Of a stretch of DNA of 21,035 nucleotides, positions 1 to 9,051 are shown piece by piece. Under the pieces are notes generated by a model. It saw only the letters and a program-made list of their open reading frames with translations. It ran no database searches and was not told the DNA's origin. Numbering within the stretch: position 1 is the first letter of the stretch; every line of letters starts with the position of its first letter. The stretch is from Octopus sinensis (taxonomy: Eukaryota). Location: positions 1 to 21,035 of the forward strand of contig NW_021823812.1 of assembly GCF_006345805.1 (NCBI RefSeq), given 5' to 3'. The position numbers were made by a program, and so were the translations under genes.

Positions 1-160
1 CAGGTATATTGGGGAAATTCCGAACTTGGGTTTCTCATTCCTAAGGAATTTTTTCGATGTTGTTGTTATTATTATTATTATTATTCAGATCACTGCCTAG
101 AATCGAACTCGGAATCTTGGGGTTAGAAGCCCGCGCTCTTAACCACAACGCCATATGCCC
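1..160 (-). mobile_element. tRNA-derived SINE-like element, 5' part (continues beyond the window start)
   Basis: Minus strand reads GGCATATGGCGTTGTGGTTAAGAGCGCGGGCTTCTAACCCCAAGATTCCGAGTTCGATTCTAGGCA: A-box (TGGCGTTGTGG) and B-box (GAGTTCGATTC) at tRNA-like spacing, followed by an internal (AAT)n/(AAC)n tract at 58-85. Confidence 0.75.
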
Positions 161-195
161 GTGGGCGTAGTGGTTAAGAGCATAGTGGTTAAGAG
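135..195. repeat. Inverted duplication of the SINE head plus a short direct duplication
   Basis: 135-152 GCTCTTAACCACAACGCC is the reverse complement of 164-181 GGCGTAGTGGTTAAGAGC (17/18). TAGTGGTTAAGAG is repeated directly at 168-180 and 183-195. Confidence 0.85.
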
Positions 196-309
196 ATGAG
201 GGCAAATATCCGTCAAATGTAGATAATGTAAATAATGTACATAACTCCTCATCTCTTATATACGGAACTGTACCTAAAGTCTGAGGGTGCGTAAAATATC
301 TAATTCATA

Positions 310-349
310 ATCGTTAATCCGACAAAATATATTTTGTCGGACTAACGAT
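310..349. repeat. 40-bp near-perfect palindrome
   Basis: ATCGTTAATCCGACAAAATA|TATTTTGTCGGACTAACGAT: 19 of 20 positions pair (mismatch 317/342), with no spacer. Confidence 0.9.
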
Positions 350-1000
350 ACATACATACACACACACACACACACATATATATCTTTGTATGTATACACA
401 AACACATACACGCACACAGATGAAAAGCCAAAAAAAAAAAAAGAAAAGCACTCTTTGACACAGTACTAAACTCTGTCAATTATCTAAATTTAGCTCATCT
501 CTCCAACTCCTTTTTAAATGCCATCGCCCAATATCTTGCTTGCGGAATTTGACGTGACACCTTCAGAGTTGAAATGATGTGGATAAGGGGTTGAACGACT
601 AGTTTAAGGACCATGAGTTGTTCATATTCATTGTAAACAATATTTCGTCAGAACGATCAGGTTTTCTAGAATATTATCGATAACAGAGTGTCTGTCGGTC
701 TGGCCAATAATATTTTCAACTCTCCCGTCACGTTTTGTACAAATGTTATCTGTTTTATTGGTCGTTGGGGTACTCATTGACACCCTTTTTTGTTTGTCAT
801 CTGCGCATTAAAGTTTAAGAGTTCCATTCCTGGCAGAAGACTTCGAATGATAAGCACCTGAATAAGACTATGAAACAAATAATGACCGGGCGGAAGGTTA
901 TAGATAGAAAGTAAAATATTAGAAATAGTCCAACGCACACATCACAGCATTCCTACAAACACATACACACTCATGTATACATACGCAGCAATCAGTCCAC

Positions 1001-1018
1001 TAGCGCCGTCTGCTGTCA
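1001..1018 (-). promoter_or_regulatory. Candidate CTCF-type binding motif
   Basis: Minus strand TGACAGCAGACGGCGCTA resembles the bilaterian CTCF core (TGGCCASYAGRKGGCRCTA). Motif match by eye only. Confidence 0.3.
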
Positions 1019-1475
1019 TATATAACAGCGTTGAATCAAAAGCTCAGTGAAGCAAACCCAAAGTTCGTGAGGTTTGAGACATAATTCGCCAAGAATATAG
1101 TTTATTTGGGGAAAAAATTCCTGGTCATATTTCACTAGACTTTAATGTCACGTGCAGCTGATCCTCTTACACCGTGATTCTTCGTGAATGTGAGCCAATT
1201 TCGTTGTGATTTATGATAGTAGGTCATCGGTTGACTTGTTAGGCGGAAGGAACCGTGCTTTAGTTGGTGAGAAGCAATCGACTCGCTGGGTGGAGTAGAA
1301 GTCATTTCAGTCATTTTCGCTTTCTTTCTATCCAATCTTATAATCTTAGAGATACTGGAGTCAAGTCAAAAAGGAGGTGGAAGTTGATAAAATGTCATCT
1401 CCCTAACGTTTCTTTTTTCCTTTGGTTTTCAAGGAGGGTATCCTAAAGATATCACCTTATTTGCAGGCCCCACTA

Positions 1476-1486
1476 CTCTCTCTCTC

Positions 1487-1524
<38 letters not shown>
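1476..1524. repeat. (CT)n-(CA)n compound microsatellite
   Basis: Direct inspection. Confidence 0.95.
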
Positions 1525-1527
<3 letters not shown>

Positions 1528-1696
1528 CGGAATATAACTGCATATTAAATTTGGTAAAATACATCGAGGGATTCTATCTTTCAATGTCTTCATCCACATC
1601 ACTACCTTTCTCTCTCTTTCACCCTCTCTCTCTCCCCCAATTCATTCTCTTATTCCTCAGCTCTTTCTATTTGCCGCGCTACTTGTATTTTGTAAA

Positions 1697-1812
1697 AAGG
1701 TGGGGGAACGAATCAGTAGAGCATCCTTCACAATGCCTGGTGGTTATTTAGTCACATCCCATTACTTTCCGAGTTCAAATCTCACCAGTATCAGCCTTGT
1801 CTTCCTTCGTTC
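1697..1812 (+). mobile_element. Highly diverged copy of the Deu/Nin-domain-like tRNA SINE (5' part)
   Basis: Colinear similarity to 14287-14467, with B-box GAGTTCAAATC at 1771-1781 followed by a CAGCCTTGTCTTCCTT core remnant. Confidence 0.55.
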
Positions 1813-1850
1813 AATCTAGTATATTGCCGAATAATTCGAGTGAATTTTTA

Positions 1851-2010
1851 CAAGTAGATTTGTTGGCAGTATCAGTAGAGCGTCGGAAAATTACCTCCAG
1901 TGTTAGGTACGATCCTTTAAATTTTGTGTTGTTCAAACCCTGCCAAGATCCCCATTACCTTCATCTCTTCCAAGGTCGACAAAATACCAGTCAAGTAACT
2001 GGGTCAGTTT
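1851..2010 (+). mobile_element. Second highly diverged Deu/Nin-like SINE copy
   Basis: TTGGCAG...GTTCAAACCCTGCCAAGAT...CCTTCATCTCTTCCAAGGTCGACAAAATACCAGT...ACTGGGTC is colinear with the copy at 14287-14467. Confidence 0.6.
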
Positions 2011-3547
2011 AAGATTTCTTTAAAGCATCCAAAAAACGAAAGGAATAATAACAGAAAACCAAATCTGAGCCCGTCTCAAATGTCTCCTGTGTTCTGTAAT
2101 ACGGAATATATAGCAAGGAAGTACTATGACTAACTATCTAGGATGCTTCAGAAATGTTTCTCACAAGAATAATTCTTCGAGAAAACATTGATTAAAGTTG
2201 CAAGGATTTTCAAATAAAAGAAATTGCGCGTTTAAAATATTGCAACCATAAGAAGGGAGGCATAAATGTTTAACTTAAAGTTGCACCCATGTACGTAGAG
2301 TACTTTTATTTCTTTAAACACAAATTGACGAGAGTTTTCTTTAGTATTCGTTAAGTGTGCATTGTAGGGCGAGTGTATGTTCTTGGAAAACAAAGTGAAG
2401 CGTGTGCAATGAAGTTTCGTTTTTCGTTTGAGCGTTCTCATTTTATTTTCTCCTTGTACATTAGAAGTACGAGTGAAATCAAAGACTCAGCCTCTGGCAA
2501 TCAAGCAGTACTTCTGTTTGTACTTTTTCTTAAATGCAATTGGTTATTTCTGTCCTTAACGTACAATACTGGTGCGTTTTATGCTGCAAGTTTGTCTATA
2601 ATCTAATCCTCTCCCTTACCCTCTTACTAAGAATTATCATTAAAACGGATGACTTTCCTTTTCATTATGGGTGTAATTTCATTTGTTAACAATATTATTT
2701 TTGGCTCACTAGTTTAAGTATGTGGGTTAGTCCTTAACTATATATTCTTCATAAGGAAGGAGCCTCTGGGAAAATGTCCAGTGTCATAATCTCAAATAAT
2801 CTAACCGGGGAATAATTTTCACACAAAATCTATATACTCTAAAAGTCGTCGTTTATTTCATAGCTTTGAAGTCGACTATACTTCGTTGACGAGGTGTAAT
2901 AACACCGGAACATACCTTGATTCATGATTTGTCATCACACAAGATATTAGACTCATTTTACACTACATTATCCATTTAATTAATCTAAAAGCCAGAATGT
3001 TCTCCCTTGCCTTTCCTGCAAAACATTGTTATTAACACTAATGGCTGTAGTTTCAATGGGTTAAAAATTACATTTGCTTTACTTCACTGGGTATGAGTCC
3101 GTACTAATTTATATTAGTCTGTTATAGTAGACTGTTATTATCTTCATAGAATTCTTAACCACCGTGGTCTACTATTTAATACAAGTAAGCTGCTATTTCA
3201 CAACGTAATTCTGTTGATGATTAAAAGAGGTTTACCGATGTTTCAAAAACGTAATAAACATTTGACGAAGCTGTTATTGTTGCAACAATTAGTTTTATTT
3301 CCTTGAAGAATTTAACCTATGTTTAAACAACCTTTTGGGAGAAGGTATTAAGATACTAGGATGTTTATGTTTATCGTATTTGTATTTTACTAAATGTATT
3401 TTACAAGTGCGACGACTGTTTCGGAGAAATCTATTTGCTATGTTCTCCGTGCGTGTTTGCATCTATTGAGAGATGAATGGTTTTGGAAGGTTTTAACTCT
3501 TTCACGCAAACAGGTACATATTTTCCTATTTTCTTCCTTTTCTCATT

Positions 3548-3569
3548 CACGCACGCACGCACGCACACA

Positions 3570-3627
<58 letters not shown>

Positions 3628-3720
3628 TCGATGTATATATACATACGTATTTTTATGTCTGTATATATATATGTGTGGGTGGGGGTGGGTAGCGGAGTGT
3701 ATGTGTACGTATGTGGGTGC
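3548..3720. repeat. (CACG)n/(CA)n microsatellite and TA/TG low-complexity sequence
   Basis: Direct inspection. Confidence 0.9.
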
Positions 3721-3724
3721 AGTT

Positions 3725-3890
3725 ATGTCCGTCCCTTAGAACTTGAGGATCGGTGTAGGTTTCTTTACATCCCCTAACCAGACTTATAAGGTAACAACTG
3801 GCGTCAGTTTGATCGACTGAGAAAACCCCTTTCCAATCAGCGAGCTAGCATGGCCGCACGCCATTGAATAAAACTGTAAAAACATAAGAG
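3725..3890 (+). mobile_element. Diverged 3' half of the CORE-like (OR-type) tRNA SINE
   Basis: CGGTGTAGGTTTCTTTACATCCCCTAAC...TTTGATCGACT...AGCATGGCCGCA matches the reverse complement of 8657-8840. Confidence 0.6.
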
Positions 3891-3912
3891 AGTATGCATA
3901 TATATATATATG

Positions 3913-4138
3913 TTTCTTTACTACCCACAAGGGGCTAAACATAAAGGGGACAAACAAGGACAGACAAACGAATTTAAGTCGATTATATCGACCCCAGTGT
4001 GTAACTGGTACTTAATTTATCGACCCCGAAAGGATGAAAGGCAAAGTCGACCTTGGCGGAATTTGAACTCGGAACGTAACGGTAGACGAAATACGGCTAC
4101 GCATTTCGCCCGGCGTGCTAACGGTTCTGCCAGCTCGC
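3913..4138 (-). mobile_element. Young Deu/Nin-domain-like tRNA SINE, copy 1, inserted in (AT)n
   Basis: Minus strand: GCGAGCTGGCAGAACCGTTAG (A-box), GAGTTCAAATTC (B-box), GTCGACTTTGCCTTTCATCCTTTCGGGGTCGATAAATTAAGTACCAG (resembles the Deu/Nin core), tail TTGTGGGTAGTAAAGAAA. Nearly identical to 4647-4877 and 13283-13513, and flanked on both sides by GCATATATATAT. Confidence 0.9.
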
Positions 4139-4290
4139 ATATATATATATATATATGTGTGTGTTGTGTGTGTACGTGCATGCGTGCGTGCGGGTGTGAG
4201 CGTGGGTGGCTGTGAGCATGCGTGCATGTGTGTGTGTGTGTGTGTGTGTGTGTGAGTGAGAGAGAGAGAGAGAGAGTGGGTGGCTGTGAG
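4139..4290. repeat. (AT)n/(GT)n/(GA)n compound microsatellite
   Basis: Direct inspection. Confidence 0.9.
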
Positions 4291-4646
4291 CACGCGTGTG
4301 TTCCAGAATTACAAATGTTTCCAGAAACCGGAAGTGCTGAGGTAAAATAGCAACGGCTACTTCAATAAAGCCCGCTTTAATGTTGGTCATCAAATGAAAG
4401 TTTCGTTCTTTTCATTTCCTATATACGATATTAATTTCCTAAATCTAATTTATCGAAACGGTATTTTTATAATGTTTCACAATAAAAATAACATTTCTAA
4501 ATACGATATATTACAAAAGCAAAACCCCAAACCGTGTTAATATAAAAGGGAAGTGTTGTTTATTGTTGGAGAGTATATATGAACGGAAAACAAAGACTGT
4601 TCGATGTTGAAATCAAATTGCGAGATGATTAGAATCGATATATATA

Positions 4647-4877
4647 TTTCTTTACTACCCACAAGGGACTAAACGCAGAGGGGACAAACGAGGACAGACA
4701 AAGGGATTAAGTCGATTACATCGACCCCAGTGCGTAACTGGTACTTAATTTATCGACCCCGAAAGGATGAAAGGCATAGTCGACCACGGCGGAATTTGAA
4801 CCCAGAACGTAACGGCAGACGAAATACGGCTACGCATTTCGCCCGGCGTGCTAACGTTTCTGCCAGCTCGCCGCCTT
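4647..4877 (-). mobile_element. Young Deu/Nin-domain-like tRNA SINE, copy 2 (full length)
   Basis: Same structure as copy 1 with an intact AAGGCGGCGAGCTGG 5' end. Candidate TSD ATCGATATATAT at 4634-4645 and 4883-4894 (offset by 5 nt). Confidence 0.9.
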
Positions 4878-5202
4878 CATATATCGATATATATTTATCT
4901 GCATGGTGGAAGGCGAGTAGAAATTTGAACAACCAACTGGTTTTCACCCCTGGGATTCATGTGTGTTATGTTGACTTATGAATAAGATAAATTTCGATAT
5001 ATCTTGTGTGAAAAATATAAACACATTGGAATGCTTCGAACGTAACTTTAATGCTACCATTTAACATTAATTTGTGTTTTCAATCATGAAGCATTGAGTA
5101 CAAGAAAATATTCTCAGACAATTTTCATATTTAAACGAAAGAGAAAGATTTTTTAAATCTAATTTTTTCTCTCATTTTTTTTTTGTCAATTCAAACAATT
5201 AA

Positions 5203-5532
5203 AAAAAAAAAAGACTCCGCCGGTTACGACGACGAGGGTCCCAGCTGATACGATCAACGGAACAGCTTCCTCGTGAAATTAACGTGCAAATGGCTGAGCA
5301 TTCCACAGACACGTGTACCCTTAACGTAGTTCTCGGGGATAATCAGCGTGACACAGAGAGTGACAAGGCTGACCCTTTGAAATACAAGTACAACTCATTT
5401 TTGCCAGCTGAGTGGACTGGAGCAACGTGAAATAAAGTGTCTTGCTCAAGGACACAACGCGTCGCCGGGAATCGAACTCACAACCTTACGATCATGAGCC
5501 GAATGCCCTAATCACTAAGCCACGCGCCCTCA
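5203..5532 (-). mobile_element. Full-length tRNA-derived SINE (CORE-like central domain) with 16-bp TSD
   Basis: Minus strand: GAGGGCGCGTGGCTTAGTGATTAG (A-box), GAGTTCGATTCCC (B-box), TTGTGTCCTTGAGCAAGACACTTT...CTCCAGTCCACTCAGCTG (CORE-like). Direct repeat CAATTCAAACAATTAA at 5187-5202 and 5533-5548. Confidence 0.9.
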
Positions 5533-5556
5533 CAATTCAAACAATTAATAATAAAT

Positions 5557-6370
5557 TGGCCTGACTGTGTGGTTAAGAAGCATGCTTCCTATTCATGTGG
5601 TCTTGCGTTCAACCCCACTACACGATACCTTGTGGGTGAATTTAGTAAATGTACCGGATCTTTTCGGTTTGAACGGCAGTTTTTTCTAGCGGTGTCATAT
5701 GAAATTGTCACCCATAATTATGACCCTAGTATCGATCTATTGCATTTCCATCTGTTTTAGGGTTAGGGGTGAGGGGAAGGGTATCTTTTTTTCTTCACAA
5801 ATGTAAATAAACCTAATCTGTTTCTTAAACGAGGGAAATTTTCATACGGCATAGAATGTTTTTTTTTACCTCAATGGACGTCAGTGATTGGTTGAAATTG
5901 CAGAAATTGAAGAAAAAAAACAACAAATATCTTACAAACTATAGAATTTTCTCAATAAAGCCAAGAGAAAAAGATGTTTTATAAACACATTTTACCAGTA
6001 TACAAAGTTTAATATTTTTTAGTTACCTAGAAATTCTGTTAAAAACTGCCGTTCAAACCGAAAAGATCCAGTGTACCAAAACCTTGAGGGTGGATTTAGT
6101 AAATGGAAACCGAAAGAAGGCCGTAGTGTGTATGTATGTATGTATGTATGTATGTTGTATGTATGTATGTATGTATGTATGTATGCGTGCATGTGTGAGT
6201 GCCTGTGTTTTTCCCCTCCGCTGCATGATAAGCGGTGCTGGTTTGTTTACATCCCCGGTATTTAGCGGTTCGGCAAAAGAAGCCGATAGAATAAATATCA
6301 GGCTCTAAAACCCATCTCAAGGTGGTGTCCAAGCATAGTTGCCATCCAAATGACTAAACCAAGTAAAAAC
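5557..6370 (+). mobile_element. CORE-like (OR-type) tRNA SINE interrupted by a MITE
   Basis: Head CTGTGTGGTTAAGAAGCATGCTTCC...GCGTTCAACCCCACT at 5557-5655. The element resumes at 6070 (GGATTTAGTAAATGGAAACCGAAAGAAGGCCGT), carries an internal (TATG)n at 6126-6185, and its 3' half runs to about 6370. Homologous to the reverse complement of 8657-9039. Confidence 0.8.
5656..6069. mobile_element. Non-autonomous DNA transposon (MITE), possibly Merlin-type
   Basis: Perfect 29-bp TIRs: GGATCTTTTCGGTTTGAACGGCAGTTTTT (5656-5684) and its reverse complement (6041-6069). 8-bp TSD AATGTACC (5648-5655) / AGTGTACC (6070-6077), 7/8 identical. No ORF. 5'-GG termini with an 8-bp TSD fit Merlin; the superfamily call is inference. 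Confidence 0.9.
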
Positions 6371-6614
6371 AAAATAATTCAGAGAATATAAAACCCCACC
6401 TTGATTTGCCTTGCATAGTTCTATTCTTAATGCAGTTTCTCGCAAAGGATCCCCTCGTCAAGCACTCGACTTCTTTACTTTCAAACTTTACAAAAGTATT
6501 CGATTTGATTATGATATGGTTGTTCAACAGAAAACAATCACTGAAAAAGAAATACCAAACGGCTTTGCTGTACAGCGGCTTTATAGCTCACCTCCCATTG
6601 TCCATGTCTGTGTA

Positions 6615-6708
6615 CATGTGTGTATGTATGTATGTATGCATGTATGTATGTATGGACGTATGTATGTATGTATGTATGTATATATATATATGTATATATA
6701 TATATATG

Positions 6709-6785
<77 letters not shown>

Positions 6786-6839
6786 GTATATATATATGTA
6801 TATATACGTGTATATATTTGTATATATATATATATATAT

Positions 6840-6933
<94 letters not shown>

Positions 6934-7549
6934 GTATATATATATAGTATATATATATATATATTATATATATATATATTATATATATATGTATATATAT
7001 ATGTATATATATATATATATATATATGCACACACAGACACACACATATTTCTATCTACCTCTACATGTGTCCACACACACACACGCGCGCACATTCAGAC
7101 ACACACCCCATATACAAACACACAATATAAACATTTGGGCAATGATCTCCTCCACGTGCAGTGTCGTATAGATCATACTGTCTCATACATTACCACTTAT
7201 GTGTACTTAGCTATCAGCTTACACACACTTAGGCAGTCATTGACGTCTCAACAGAGATCTCCCTCTCTCGCTCACTTTCCATTCGCTGTTATCACTCTCT
7301 CAGTAGGTGTGTGCGATGTCCACGGGGTTGTGTATGTGTGTATGTGTGTGTATGTGTGTGTGTATGTGTGCGTGTTGTGTGTGTGTGTGTGTGTGTACAT
7401 TCATACAAAGTCGCATACATGTACACACGTACACAAATATATATGTCTGTGAGTACACATGAACTCATACATATATATATATATACACACACTTATATAC
7501 ATAGACTTATAAAAACAATAACACATACATGCATATGTGTGTACACGCG

Positions 7550-7584
<35 letters not shown>

Positions 7585-7750
7585 ATGTGTGTGCGTGCGC
7601 GCCGTGCGTTTGTGTCTGCATATACATACCCACAAATATCTATACAAGTATTTACACACGCACGCGTACACAAAAACACACACACATATTTATACACATC
7701 TTTACACTCATATATATATATATAATATTCATATATATATATATATATAG

Positions 7751-7781
<31 letters not shown>

Positions 7782-7795
7782 CGAGCATTATTAAA

Positions 7796-7834
<39 letters not shown>

Positions 7835-7930
7835 TGCGAGGAACGCAAATCTTTTTGGGCACACACACATAAATAAATGCATGCACGTGTGTGTGTGCGT
7901 GCATGCATACGCGATTGTGTGCGTGTGTCG
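6615..7930. repeat. Large (TATG)n, (TA)n, (CA)n and (TG)n microsatellite / low-complexity block
   Basis: About 350 bp of interrupted (TA)n at roughly 6680-7027, plus further CA/TG/TA tracts. This block explains the 348-aa and 240-aa pseudo-ORFs. Confidence 0.95.
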
Positions 7931-8458
7931 CCGGAGGGGGGGTACATGTGATATTAAATTCAGTGAAGGAAATCAAATCGCCAAAACCAGTCACCGGTCA
8001 CAATATCCTATTTCATTTAATTCGTCTAAATAACATATAAGGTAATTACAAATGAAATGTTTTTGTTTCTTAACAAACAACAGATGATTTGTACGTAATA
8101 GAACACCGTTTATATAATAACAAACCTGCTACCAGTTCAAATATGCGTTCGAACCCGTAACAAGATCATTCACTGTATTTTGTCAGGAAGAACATTTCTC
8201 GCTGTAGACAAATAGGTGTATTCCGTAGTTTACATAATGGCATTTTCGTACAGCTTTAACTATGCTGGAAAGGGTGGCTCTCATTTTTTACATTTTCACC
8301 GCCTTCAAGATTGGTGGTAAGAAGGCGGTGGTTATCCTCAAACCGGAAGCCCAGTGCGCATGCCCTGCAACAGAAAAGACTCTTGCTACAGGCGCAGTGG
8401 CTGCTAAGTTGTAATTTTAAACCAAATGATGGATCAAATCAGCCATCCCCAAAACCAC

Positions 8459-8535
8459 GGAACTCAAAGAGACGGAATGAATACTGCAAAGTATCTAGTC
8501 CCACGCTCTGAAAATCCAGCCAATCAACAACTGCC
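8459..8535 (-). mobile_element. Degenerate 5' head of the Deu/Nin-like SINE
   Basis: GGAACTCAAAGAGACGGAATGAATACTGCAAAGTATCTAGTCCCACGCTCT...CAGCCAATC aligns loosely to 4805-4877. Confidence 0.4.
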
Positions 8536-8656
8536 CCACTCATCCTCAAAGTCATATCTCATATCCCGTAACTCAGCACAATCCCATTTTATCTCAACCA
8601 AACTGTTTCCTCGTTTAACGCTGATTCACTACAACACTTTCCTTTACAGCGATAGA

Positions 8657-9039
8657 TTCTTTTACTAGTTTCAGTCATTTGACTGCCGCCATGTTGGAGC
8701 ACCGCATTTAGTCGAACAAATAGACCCCAGAACTTATTCTTTGTAAGCTTAGTACTTATTCTATCGGTCTTTTGCCGAACCGCTATGTTACGGGTACGTA
8801 AACACACCAGCATCGGTTGTTAAGCGATGGTAGGGGGACAAACACAGAGACACAAACACACATGTATATATATACGACGGGCTTCTTTTAGTTTCCGTCT
8901 ACCAAATCCACTCACAAGGCTTTGGCCGGCCCGAGGCTATAGTAGAAGATACTAGTCACAGTTGCCACGCTGTGGGACTGAATCCGGAACCATGTGGTTG
9001 GTAAGCAAGCTACTTGCCACACAGCCACTCCTGCGCCTA
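8657..9039 (-). mobile_element. Full-length CORE-like (OR-type) tRNA SINE
   Basis: Minus strand: TAGGCGCAGGAGTGGCTGTGTGG (A-box), GGATTCAGTCCCAC (B-box), GTATCTTCTACTATAGCCTCGGG core, internal TA/TG microsatellite, and 3' end ...GACTGAAACTAGTAAAAGA. Homologous copies occur elsewhere in the window. Confidence 0.9.
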
Positions 9040-9051
9040 TGGAAAATCTGA

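Noticed and set aside
480-650. Short open frame on the minus strand ending ARYWAMAFKKELER*
   Set aside because: Bounded by a nearby upstream stop, with no recognisable homology and no clear splice acceptor.
1040-1082. Weak tRNA-like string AGCTCAGTG...GTTCGTGAGGTTTGAGAC
   Set aside because: No cloverleaf stems, a poor B-box and wrong spacing.
4327-4336. Perfect ETS motif ACCGGAAGTG
   Set aside because: An isolated 10-mer between repeats with no supporting context.
3910-4981. Recurrent peptide NWYLIYRPRKDERQSRPRRNLNSER (also at 13368-13616)
   Set aside because: Antisense translation of the same SINE, not a protein family.
6406-8033. Long ORFs of 348, 178 and 240 aa
   Set aside because: They are translations of stop-free (TA)n/(CA)n/(TG)n repeats (YIYI, HTHT, CVCV). 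The short unique N-terminal part shows no recognisable domain or convincing splice pair.
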